The notes below the pieces were generated by a model. The model saw nothing but the letters and a program-made list of their open reading frames with translations. It had not been told where the DNA came from and did not search any database. The position numbers and the translations under genes were made by a program. From NCBI RefSeq assembly GCF_006345805.1, contig NC_043000.1, positions 77,562,001 to 77,626,000 of the forward strand: 64,000 nucleotides of DNA, in the 5' to 3' direction. Source of the stretch: Octopus sinensis (lineage: Eukaryota). How positions within the stretch are numbered: position 1 is the stretch's first letter; each line of letters starts with the position of its first letter. Below, piece by piece: positions 23,170 through 36,690 of this stretch.

Positions 23170-25930
23170 CACTGTTTCTCACTGATGGGAAAGGCTGCTG
23201 GGGGAAAAAAGCGCGGCTTTGAAGTCCCTAAGACCGCCCAACATTGTTTTCGATGTTCTGACAACTTATGAGGTACCACTTGCACCAGGCTTTATTAGCA
23301 CTCACCTCCCCCATGGACAATATCAGTGTCGTGGAGAGATAGTATCTGCCTCATGAGCAACTGCTGGTCATCTGTACTTACTCTCCAGGTATCTGCTTTC
23401 TGGAGGGAACAGTTTAGCATTACCTCACCTCGATGTACCATACGGAAACCATCCGTCTATCGGTTATAAATCTGCACTCAATTGGTGAGCAGATAGATAC
23501 CAAGGAAAGCTTTCAACGGTGAGAGAGATCATCCTATTTCACTGGACAGGTGCCATCTCATCAAAATCCACCTGCCTCATCGTGCAGGTGGGGTTTAGGG
23601 ATATGCGTGGCTTGAGATGTGGAAGGTAAATACTGCACTAGGTACAACAAGAAGACAAAAGAAGTCAGCCCTCAAGTTAGGGGTGTACAAACCATTTTCA
23701 CTCGACTGTCAGCACTGATTACCAGCGAAATTCTAAAACTTCAAGTGGATGCTGCAATATTACGAGAGAAATGTTTTTCAGGATTAGGAACTCTATGTAA
23801 AAGAGCCGACACCTTTCTTTGGCATGGAAAGGGCTTAAACAAGACTATAGGGTATGGTTTGACTTTGCTATGAGAAATTCACTGCTGAAGATGATAGAGC
23901 CCAGTGTGCAAGGAACTGCGCGTTTTTCTCACTTTGACCCATACATCTGATGGGTCTGTCAACTTTACCGGTGTCTCCATTCTGATCAACTCTCTATTCT
24001 ACACAAGATACAAAAGATGAAAACTCTCAAGGACAATTCAAGAATCCCCAAATCAGGAACAGCTATTGCTGCTTGGTGATTTCTAAGCCAGAGTGAGTAC
24101 CGTACACTTCCTCTGGTCAGGCTGCCTGAGCCGACATGGATTTGGCAGCATAAATAGCAACGGGCAACGTTTGCTTGAACTTTTCATATTTCATGGATTG
24201 TACAACCAACACTTACAGTACAAAGTGTCTTGGAGACATTCTTGTTCCAAACACTAGCACCAACTTTACATTGTACTTGCAATACGTTGCGACTTGAGGA
24301 ATGTGCTTGTGGAATATGTTTTGGTAAAGCATGACGCCAGACACAATACTCTTTGAAACAAGTTCAAGCTGCACTGCTCGAACATGGAGAGTAAGATAAG
24401 ACTATTAAAAAACTTTACAGGAGGAACCATCAAAGACGAATGAAGGCGGATGGAAAAGTAGGTAGAGCATTATTCCGAACTTTGCTTCACAGAAAACCCA
24501 CTAGACATCGTGAAACGCTTGCCAGAAGCGGAGGAATTCAACTCTGACAACTGCTGAAACGTTGAGTAAAGCTGTTGACGATCTACCCACTTACAAGACA
24601 CCGAGACTGGATAACATGCCATCAAACCGCATCAAGTCTGCAAAGGGATTCTCATTGTTCTACCTACACAAACTATACTGCTAATACTAGAAAGAAAGAG
24701 CAGTTTTATAGGACGTAAGAGATTGCTATATTGCAACTTTATGCAAGAACAAAAGGGGAAAGCAGCTATTGTAATCACAGAGAAACCTCTTTGCCGAGCA
24801 AAATACAGGGTGGAAAGACAACAGTTCGACATTACTTTCGGTAACCTTACGAAGGTCTCCAACCATGTGAGTAGAAACAGCTTGTTCAAAATCGTTGTCA
24901 AGATTGAATCCCTTTTGAGGTTACTCAGGTCTATTCGGTCATTCTACGTAGATATGTGTCCTTGAGTTTGATAGCTCTCCCTCGGAATCCTTTAACAATA
25001 ACAGTGAAGTGAAACAAGGCTGCATTCTTGTCGCCACTTCGCTATCTTCTTTGGAACATCAACTGATGTTGTTTACTTTCATACAAGATACAAGATCAAA
25101 CGGGAAACTTCTCAGTTTGTCCCGACTGAAGGTGTAAAGCAAAGTATGCGAAGTACTCATCAGAGACATGCTGCTTGCAGATGATGCAGGACTGGTAATA
25201 CATTTAAAGGAGCAACTGCAAAACTTCATGGATAGTGTTACAAAAGGCGTCAATCTGATGGAAGTGAAAGTGCAGGTCTAAACTGCTGAACACTCCCTTA
25301 CTATTACAATCAACGACTATAAGCTGGAGGTTGTGCATGAATTTACATACCTCGGCTCTACCATACCAACCTCTCCTCTCTCGAGTCTGAGACGTACTGG
25401 AGAGCAGCTTCAACACTAATTTGGTTGACAAGAATTTGGGAGAAAGCATAGTATAGGTACACACGAAGGTTCCAGTTTACTGGACTTGAGTCCTCAATAC
25501 TTTACTTTATGGCAGTAAGACTCGAAGCATCTACTCCACACAAGGATGGCATCTCAATACCATCCATCTACGCAGACTGAGACGGAGCTGGACATCAAAT
25601 GGCTGATTGAGTCACCAATAAAGATGTTCTGATTCGAGTGCAAATATCCAGCCCCCTCAACCTACTGAAACAACAACACCTCCATTGACTGAGCCATGCT
25701 CACAATATATCCGATGGTAGATCCCGAAAGACCTGCTGGATAGAAAATCTGTCTCCAGCAGTAGGAAACAAATACAACCTCATCTTCGTTAAAAAGAAAA
25801 CTTCACGAGGGACATTGAAATCTCCTGTGGGAGGACATAGCTTATGATTGCTCCAGCTAGAAATAAAGACATGTTCAGGAAAACTAGATGAGAGATAGAG
25901 CTTTGCTGATAAAGAAAAGTAAACTAAGAA
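23170..25930 (+). mobile_element. Heavily decayed RTE (BovB-like) LINE
   Basis: Remnant motifs: LLGDF*ARV (APE, ~24070), VKQGCIL (~25009), RDMLLADDA (~25163), FTYLGST (~25342), DGRSRK (~25712). Many stops. Confidence 0.8.
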
Positions 25931-27493
25931 AAGAAACTATGATTTCGACGGGAACCGTCGAAATCATAGTTGGAAAAATTTCCAACTATGATCAAGACTG
26001 AACTGCGGTTGGCTAAGCAACATCAGCAGCTACAACAACACTAACAGCAATAATATCACCACCACCTTTTAGTATTATCGCCACCAGCACTAACATCAGG
26101 ACAATCAGCATTATCAGTTATTACAAAAATAACAACAACGACAACAACGATCTAAAGATGTTACAGTTACTTCGTTTATTCGAATGCATCTGCTTGAAAT
26201 ATCAAGTAAATCACCATCTCATCACATCCAGCAATGTTAAAAAGATGGACAGTTTGAATGCCGCAGTCCCACGCCCAATAACAACTAGATGAAAGACAAA
26301 TGGTTACGAGCAAAGTTTTATTCCATCAAGCCTTGTCTGAAAGTCCAACAACGGCAGCTACGTAGTCCAAAATAAGTTTTAAAAACGGTGGGCTACTTAT
26401 TGAGTCATGAATTCATCTGAATTGAGAAAGTTAAAAATATCATCCAAGCTCTTTGACAAAGCAGTTGAGATTCAAAAACAGTGAAGTACGGGACTAAATT
26501 CTTCCCAATTATTACTTGTCTTTATTATTGCAGATGTTGGCAAATTAAGTGCTAGGAAATACTAAGATCGAACTCTTCTGTGTTTGTTAAATATGAGAAT
26601 TCCAAGAAATTCTAGATAAACCAAAAATCAGTTCAATAAAAACTGTTTACCCAGACCGAAAGGTTGGAATTCTGTTCGCTTCACTGTACACGTTAATCGT
26701 TGCCCACTTTTGCCTTTTGAGAAATCGATGTTATTATCTTATCAATTAGCAGAAACGATAGAGTGTCGAATAAAATGTCAGAAATCATTTAGTCCAAAGT
26801 TGACAGTTTAAATTTCGCTAGAATGAACTTTAGCTTTCATGTTCTTCCGCGGTCAAGCTGTATGTAAGAGGAATATATATATATATATATACATATAGGA
26901 GCATATTTAAATCGCTGTGCCCGCTACTCTTAAATAACTGACAGTGTAGCAAGGGAATGTGAACAATAGTCTGTTATAAAGGTGACAGTGATGAATGTGA
27001 TATTGGTGAGACAGGGCAGATACGTTACTAAATTGTGGCTTATATTTCGCATCATTTTGAAACATACTAATAACAATTAACAGCGAAATGTTTTCTACAT
27101 CGCAAATGTGATCATGACATAATCGTCGTCGTTGAGGTTGATGGTGCCAGTGCTGCTGCTGCTGTTGTTGTTGTTACTGTTATGGTTGTTTCTGTTCTCT
27201 TGCTGTTGCTGTTGTTGTTCATGCTGTTCCTGATGCTGAGGTTGTTCATACTGTTGCTGTTCTTGTTCAATGATTGAACAGATTTATGAGTAAAAGCTTT
27301 CCAGCCCTGACCCTCTCGATATTTTGTATATAGGGAACTACAATATTCAGTGTACCTGTGAAAGCACGTGGATCAGTGGTTAGGGTATTCGGCTCACGAT
27401 CGTGAGTTCGGGTCCACTCAGCTAGCAAATATGAGATGTACATGTGATTCAAATGGCCAGCCTTGTCACATTGTGCCACGGTGAATCTCCCTT

Positions 27494-28554
<1,061 letters not shown>

Positions 28555-28661
28555 GTTGTTGTTGTTGTTGTTGTTATTATTATTATAATTATAATAATTA
28601 TTATTATTATCATTATTATAATTATCAGTATCATTATCATCATCATCATTACCATTATTAT

Positions 28662-31600
28662 TATGTTTTTTCCTTCTTTCTTCAAATTTTCTTCCATTTC
28701 TCGCCGAGTGTTTTCCATACACCTAGGCAGATAAGCTTATTGTATGCATTCCCAGATTACGCGCGCAAATTCACAGATAAAATATGTATTTAAAATTTTT
28801 TAAATAAATATATTCATGGATGGATGTTATTTTCACAGCGATAGTGCTCTTCTCAGTACATGAGCCGTTCCTGTTAACACGATTTTTTGCACTTTCTGTA
28901 GGGATGGTAAGCCTGGAATCATTTTCAAATAGGTTTCAGTACCTTTTTTTTTTATCATTCCTAGAAATCCTACAATCACTGGTACTGTATTCGCCTTGAG
29001 ATGCCACATTTTTTCAATTTCTATTAGCAGGTCTTTATATTTACTAATCTTGTCAAATTCTTTCGCCGCTATATTGTGATCACAGGGAATACTCACGTCA
29101 ATTAATAAACACATCCTTTTTGTCTGATCTTTTATAATAATATCCGGTTTATTAGCTTTTATAGTTTTGTCGGTCTGCACGGGGAAGTCCCACAGAATCG
29201 ACACATTTTCTCCCATCCTGAAGTCACAGCTTCAGGATGATGTTTATACCATTTGTCAGAGGATTTGATTTTATAATGCCGACATATTGTCCAATGTAAA
29301 TACTGGCCGACTCTGTCATGTCTTGTTTTATATTCTGCAGGTGCTAAGACACTACACCCTGAGATTAGGTGGTCTATTGTTTCAATCCCATCGTTACAGA
29401 ATCGGCATTTTGGGTCAGCTCCATTTTTCATCACATTGGCTTGGTAGTTCCAGGTTAATAAGCTTTGGTCTTGAGCAGCTAATATGAAACCTTTACTCTC
29501 TGCTTTTAGCCCTGAACTTCGTAACCATTGGTGCGTGTATTTCTGGTCGACATCAGCTTGTTTGCTACGGCCCACATACTTGCCATGGAGAGGTTTCTGT
29601 TCCCATCTGCTAGCTAAATTTTCATGTGCTTTTGTCTTTGCAATTAATTTTATTTTCTTTGCAGCTGCAGTTGGCGCATTTCCTTCAGCCTGCTCAATCT
29701 GGTGGGTATCTAAGAGATTAGCAGCGAATTTTTTGCTCTCTTTGAGAATAGAGTGAAGTTTTTTAGGTCTTTCATGTTTTTCAACAAGTTTTAGCATCCA
29801 ATCGTTGGTTGCTTCAAGGTATTTGGCCAGTCCGATTGTGGTGGTTTTCTATGTAAGTTCAAGCTGGATCAAACCTCGACCTCTCTGAGCTCTGGGAAGG
29901 TAAAGGCGATCCACGTCTGCCTTTGGATAGTGCATCTTATTACAAGTCAGTAGCTTGCAGATTTTTCTGTCAATTTTCATTATTTCACTGGTATTCCAGT
30001 TGAGCACATTGAAGCTATAAAGAACAACTGGTACTGCTAAGGAATTTATGGCTAAAACCTTATTATATGCATTCAGCTCAGACTTCAGGACTGCTCGAAC
30101 TCTTCTATAACATTCCTTCCTAACCTTCTCTTTCATGCTTGCATGCTGGATACCAGAGCCTTCATTTATTCCTAGGTATTTATAGGTTTGTTCCTGCTCA
30201 AGTTCCTTCATTGCTATTTCGACATCTAATTCGATTGAACTAGACTTTACCAATTTCCCTTTCTTAAAAGTGGCTTTGGCACACTTTTCAAGGCCAAAAT
30301 CCATCCCGATATCATCACTGAATCCTTTCACAGTATGTAATAACCCTTCAAGCTCTTCATCATCTTTGCCATATAGCTTTAAGTCATCCATATAAAATAG
30401 ATGGCTTATTTTCCTGTTGTCAATTTTGTAGCCATATTCTGTTCTATTCAGTTCACTTGAGAGTGGTATTAGTGCTATGCAGAAAATTAGTGGTGAAAGT
30501 GAGTCACCTTGGAAAATTCCACAGTTTATGCTAATGTTGTTTGAGTGCAATACTCCATTAGAATGATATAATTAGAGCTTCTTGTTCCATAGTGACATAT
30601 TATACTTTAAAAAATCTGAAATCACAAGAGAAATTTTGAAAATGTCCAGCGATTTCAGAATCCACGAATGTGGTATGCTGTCAAAGGCTTTTTTATAATC
30701 AATCCATGAAGAGCTGAGATTTCTGCGCTTGTTATGGCAGTTCTCAATGATCATGCGATTAATTAGGAGCTGATCTTAGTATCCGTATGAGCCTCGTCTG
30801 CATCCTTTTTGTTCAGTGGGAAAGAGGTTATTCCCTTCCATAAACGTATATGTTTTCTCTACTAGAATAGATGTCAAAATCTTATAGGTAGTAGATAAAC
30901 ATGTTATAGGCCGGTAGTTTTTGGGTCTTTCGTTTTGTTATTTTGGTAGTTTGGGTAGGATGTAAGTAATACCATTTGCCATCCAATGTGGTGTTTTTTT
31001 TTCGGGTCTTTCATAATACTATTAAATAGTATTACTAACATTTTGTGTGCGGACGAGAGTGATGAGAGCAGAGAAATTTGGTACTCTATCAATACCAGGG
31101 GATTTCCACTTATGAGCCTTCGTTAGTGCCCTCCTGAGGTCGGCGATTGAGATGTCTTACCACACCTGTTCTTGTAGATTTTTGTAGTCATCTTGGGTGC
31201 GTTTGATCCACTCTGCATTTTCATTGTATGGTTTCTCATCACTCCAGATCCCCTTCCAAAAGTTTTCAACTTCTTCCATTAGGGGTGGATTTTCAATGGT
31301 TAGTTTTTCTTTCCCTATTTCCCTGTAAAATGATTTGGCATTGGATTTGAACATATTTTGTTTGTAGAATTTGATTCTTTTCTCAAATCTACGTATTCTC
31401 TGAGCTTTTGCTTGAACTTTTTGTTTAAGTGTTTCTTTCGCTGACATTAGTTCTTCTCTTGTTGAATGTCCATATTTTCTCACAAACTTCCTGCCTTTTC
31501 TTGATCTTACATCATTTCCAGAGATTAGCTCAGTTAATATTGATATCTCCCTTCGGAATGATTCAATTTCAGTTTCAATTCTACTCCTCCAGTTTGATTT

Positions 31601-32342
31601 TCTTTTCGAATTTGGTATTCTTGGCTTTTTGAGTTTTAAACAGCGTCTTTCGATTACCTTAGCGACAGAGTAAATAATTTCATATAATTTATTAAGATCG
31701 AGTTTTAGTTGTTGTATGATTTCGTGTGTAACGCAGTTGCCAATTTTTATTTGTGTTTTATGTTGGTATGCATTTGAGAGTTTATGGAGTGGTTCCCTAT
31801 CATTCATAGTTATATGCCCTATAACTGCAAGCTCATTCAGAACTTCTTGCTTCATTTCAATGATAGATTTTCTGTGTTGTTCAACAAACATGTGTTCTTC
31901 AAATTCTGTTTCGACATCATTTTCAGGGCTGTTTTTCTAGGGTCATTATATTTTCCTTCGTCTTCAGGATCTTGGGTAGTTTCGGCAGATGGTCGCCTTT
32001 CAGTCAATGCTTGTGGCCCAACATTCCTCTCCCCAGCTTCGTTATTTCTTTCCTGACTTAAATTTAGGTCATTCTCTACCACTTTTTTAATAGAGGTTAA
32101 TTCTGCATCTGTGAGTCTGGTATTTCTGAAGATATCTCTTCTAACATTTGCTAATCTGTTTTCATCTAGGTTTGGTCTGCTAGCTGGATTCCGGCTTCTC
32201 CTAATTCTGTAGGAGTTTGCGGTATGTTTCTGTTGGGTTGGTCTACTTAATGCAAAGTAATAAGCATATATTACTTCTTTATATTCTTCCCGGTTCCATT
32301 TAGTTCTTTTACTTTTTTGATTTTCTGGTCGTTGTGGTGGTG
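28662..32342 (-). mobile_element. R4/Dong retrotransposon (family B), near-complete ORF, frameshifted
   Basis: WIDYKKAFDS, GIFQGDSLSP, YMDD, CRFC..H..C zinc knuckle and KPDIII RLE; 3' end abuts (TAA)n. Confidence 0.92.
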
Positions 32343-32729
32343 AATGTTGGGCCACAAGCATTGACTGAAACTACCCAAGATCCTGAAGACGAAGGAAAAT
32401 ATAATGACCCTAGAAAAACAGCCCTGAAAATGATGTCGAAACAGAATTTGAAGAACACATGTTTGTTGAACAACACAGAAAATCTATCATTGAAATGAAG
32501 CAAGAAGTTCTGAATGAGCTTGCAGTTGTAGGGCATATAACTATGAATGATAGGGAACCACTCCATAAACTCTCAAATGCATACCAACATAAAACACAAA
32601 TAAAAATTGGCAACTGCGTTACACACGAAATCATACAACAACTAAAACCCGATCTTAATAAATTATATGAAATTATTTACTCTGTCGCTAAGGTAATCGA
32701 AAGACGATGTTTAACACTCAAAAAGCCAA
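32343..32729 (+). repeat. Inverted duplication of Dong segment 31619-32025
   Basis: ORF 32459.. reproduces MFVEQHRKSIIE.. of 31157..31891 on the opposite strand. Confidence 0.9.
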
Positions 32730-33019
32730 GTGACAAATCCCGTTTAAGTGACCTTCCAGGTTCGTATTCGGGGAAGATATTCTGCCATTTGAAAATTTTT
32801 CGCCATCAGGCGCGCTTCCTTTATAACCATTGGACAAGCAATTCGGTGTACTGTTAGAAATTTTCTTTTCAAGTAAAGTTAAATTATTAAGTTTTCATTT
32901 TAAAAAATATAAATAAAAATTTTTTTTAAATAAATAAATAAATAAAAAAAAGATAAAATAAAAATAAATAAATAAAAAATTTAACCACTAATTTTCATAT
33001 AGGGGCCTCATTTATCATC

Positions 33020-33380
33020 ATTAGCAGCAGCAGCATCACTATCAGCAGTTGCAACAGCAGTGGTAGTAGCAATAGTAATGGCCGCAGAAACAGCAGCAGT
33101 AGTAGTAGCAGCAACAGCATCAGCAGCAGCAGTGGTAGTATCAGCAGTTGTGGTAGTACCAGTAGTAGTAGCAGCAGCGGTGGCAGCAGCAGCAATGGTA
33201 GCAATAGTAGTAGTAACAGTAGCAGTGACAGCAGTAGCATTGGTAGCAGCAACAGCAGCAGAGGTAGCAATAGCAGAAGTAGTGACAGCAGCAGCAGCAG
33301 TATTAGTAACTGCAGCAGTAGTAGTAGCTACCGCAGCAGCAGCACCAGTACCAGTAGCAGCAGTAGTAGTAGTAGTAGTA
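33020..33380. repeat. Degenerate (CAG)/(TAG) trinucleotide repeat
   Basis: Direct observation. Confidence 0.9.
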
Positions 33381-33809
33381 AGTGTCGCTCATGTAATTTT
33401 TCTTTTTTTTTTTAGGTGGGATGGGGTCCTATCGATCAAAAAAAGTTCAAATGTCTACTATTACTTGCAGCGAACAGTGACATTAACTTTAAGAAAAATT
33501 AAAGAAGGGCCGAGTTACTCTGTTCTGTATTACTTGTGAATAGAGAAGTTGTGTTCGACCAGAGAGAATCTATAATTAGTATCATTATTTTTTTCCATGT
33601 GCGTTTGTGTTATTTCAATAAAGAGTGTTTGTATATTTCGGGTAAGGTAATATTGTAGAGATTGAAGTTGACTTTTCGAGAGATGTTTGTATGTCCAGTT
33701 AGAAGAACGGGTGTGTTTTTGCAATGTTAGTTAGTTAGTTAGTTAATTTGGCTCAAAAGCAAATAGCAAGGCCATGTAGGGGGACATGGAGTTAAGTACA
33801 GGGTGGTGT

Positions 33810-36690
33810 TCATGTAAAGAGTTCAGGCCACTTGAGGTCCAGGGAGGCTTTGAACAAAGCGGTCGTCAGCATCTTCACCATCTCGTCTGGCAGCTTGTTC
33901 CACGGATCCGCAACCCGGACGGAGAAAGCTCCTCTCCTTCGATTGAGATGAAATCGTCGCAGGTAGAGCTTTTCGGAATGACCCCGCAGCCGACGCTCTG
34001 GAGCAGGAGTGAAGAACAGCTCTTTCGAGAGGTTACACTTTCCGCTTATAATGTTGTGGGCGAGAATGAGATCACCACGGCGGCGGCGTTTTTCAAGAGA
34101 ATAAAGGTCGAGCGTCCTCAGCCTTTCTTCGTAGGACAAATTTTTGAGACCATGAACCATGCGGGTAGCCAGCCTCTGGACTCTTTCGAGATGCTGTATG
34201 TCTTTGAGGAGATAAGGAGAAGAGGCCTGAATCCCATACTCCAATATGGGTCTCACCAGCGTGACATAGAGTGGTAGGAATATGGCTGCTGTGAGCATTC
34301 CGAATGACCGTCGAATCAAGAACAGAATTCCGCGTGCTTTATTGGCAGCATGGACGCACTGGGCCGAAGGCGAAAAGGAGGAATCCACCAAGATACCCAG
34401 GTCCTTTACCTGATCGGTCCTCTCCAGCAGCAGACGACCCGGCTCGAAATTAAGTTGAGTTGCAGGAGTAGAGCCGACAGGCAGATGACAGCACTTTGAC
34501 ACGTTCAGACACAGGTCCCAATCGTTAGACCACTTCCAAATTTGGTGGAGGCATCGACGAAGATCCTCTATATTACCGCGAAGAGCGACCAGTTTGATAT
34601 CGTCGGCAAATAGAAGGGTGTGTTGCGTGAGGTCGTCGGGCAAGTCATTTATGAAGACTAAGAACAACAAGGGCCCAAGCACTGAACCTTGAGGCACGCC
34701 ACTGCTCGCACTGGAGACGTCGGACCGCGAACCATTAACTTGGACTTGGAAGGAGCGATCTGAGAGGAAGGCACCAACCCATCGTATAATATCCGGATGG
34801 AAACTATATGCTTGAAGCTTGACAAGTAATAGGCGGTGGTTTACCGAGTCAAAAGCTTTGGCAAAGTCCAATAAAACGATGTCAACAGCATCACTATCAT
34901 CGAGGATGCGCGTCACCAATTCTTCCATTACTAGTAAGTTGGTCAAGCATGATCTCTTCGGCACGAAGCCGTGTTGGGAATCAGAGATAGAGGCTGTGTT
35001 TAGGAGGTGGAGCATCATACTTTTCTTAAGGATGGTTTCGAACATCTTGCTGATTATTGATGTAAGGGAAACCGGTCGGTAGTTAAGCGGGTCTTCGCGG
35101 CTCCCTTTCTTGAAAATTGGGCAGATTATCGCTGTTCTCCAGTCTGCAGGTATAACACCCGTCGCCAATGACATATTGAATAGTCGTGTTAAGGGCTCGC
35201 AGATGACCGGAGCCAACGCTTTGATAACCCGTGGGTGTATGCCGTCAGGGCCGTGACCCTTGTTGACATCGAGGCCTTGAATAACACGTTTGACTTCGTC
35301 CCGCGTGATGACCAATCGAAGCATTGGAGGTACCGATCTATCAAATGGAGGGGGTTCACGGCCATCATCTTGTTTGAAAATAGTTGAAAAAGCCTCGGCA
35401 AATAATTGACTCTGTTGATATGGGTCCTCAATCGATACGCCTGTTGAGTCTACCAACGTTGCAATCTGGTTGTTCAAGCGGGAATTCCGCTGGACATGGG
35501 CAAAGAAGGTTTTTGGATTGCTACTGGCATTTGCCGCGATTTTGTATTCATAACTGAAGCGTTCTCTCTTTTCAATTTTCACGGCTCGGTCTCGTTGAAT
35601 TCAGCCCAAGCAATATCTCTGAGTCGACGTTCTCGTTTAACCTTCTTCGTTACCCAGGGCTTGTGTTTCTTCTTCTTGGGAAGCCCAACGGGAACTGCCT
35701 GGTCAGTCAAACAGATTACATATGCTTTGAGGGATGACCATAGTTCGTCAACAGAGGACAACGTCATCAGAGATCGCCAGTCCAGAAGCGCGGAAGCCTC
35801 GGTTAGAATTTCAAGATTAATTGCAGAGAAGACTCTACGTGGCAGCGAAGTAGTCGTGGGCGTAGAAAAAGTTGTGTGCATGACGAACTTCAGGACCGCA
35901 TGATCACTCTTGGCAAGAGGGGCGCACACAGATACGTCTGACACTGATCTTGGATAGCGGGAGAATAACAGATCTAGCATAGATGGCTGCTGCCCAGACC
36001 GATGCATTGTCGGATATTCAACATGTTGCGATAGAAAACAATATTCAACATGTTGCGATAGAAAACAATCTTCAGCCACGTCAAGAAGGGCCTGGCCGAA
36101 ACGGGAAGATGTTGTACAAATTGATGCGGGCCAATCGATCGTGGGAGCGTTGAAGTCTCCTAGTACCAAACATTCATGCGAAGCTGAAACGAATCTTATC
36201 GCTTCGAGTAAATGAGTATCGTCCTGGGGGTCGGCAAGAGGCGGCCTGTAGACAGCCAACACGGGCAGGCAAAACTCAGATAGGCTCAGCTTGCAATAGA
36301 CGGCATCGAATTTTGTTGTAGGTTGAGCATTAGTGGGTAGAATACCGCTGGACGGTTTGTGCTTAACATACACAGCAACACATACACAGCAACACCTCCA
36401 CCTCGCCTTTTTCCTCTGTCACATCTGAAAAGGACGTAGCCCTGCAGGTGGATTTCTGAGTCCTTTACTGCTGGAGTCAGCCAAGTCTCGGTGATAGCTA
36501 TCACATCAGGGGAGTCACGTATGGCCAGTGTAAATAGTTCACTGAACTTTGGGAATAAGGAGCACGAGTTGGTGTAGACGATACTGAGCTGTGAAGTCTG
36601 ACGGGCGGGAGTTGGGGAACAAGCAGAATAAGGGGTATCAGAGATAGCGTCGTTGACGGGGGTATCAACTTCACTTCGATTTGCCCTCAC
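33810..36690 (-). pseudogene. LINE ORF2: AP endonuclease + reverse transcriptase with two frameshifts
   Basis: YTN..ITETW, VYRPP, GDFN and SDH (APE); NYRPVSLTS, DFAKAFDSV, GVPQGSVLGP and FADD (RT). Breaks at ~36380 and ~35580. Confidence 0.92.

Noticed and set aside
23569-23592. ccacctgc/gcaggtgg hairpin in the RTE 5' region as a ribozyme
   Set aside because: Only a single stem is present, with no catalytic core evident in a heavily decayed element.
27360-27420. tRNA-like A/B boxes
   Set aside because: No cloverleaf forms; this is a degenerate SINE head, not a tRNA gene.
33727-33744. (TTAG)n as an interstitial telomere
   Set aside because: It is not TTAGGG and sits exactly at the LINE 3' end as its (TAAC)n tail.
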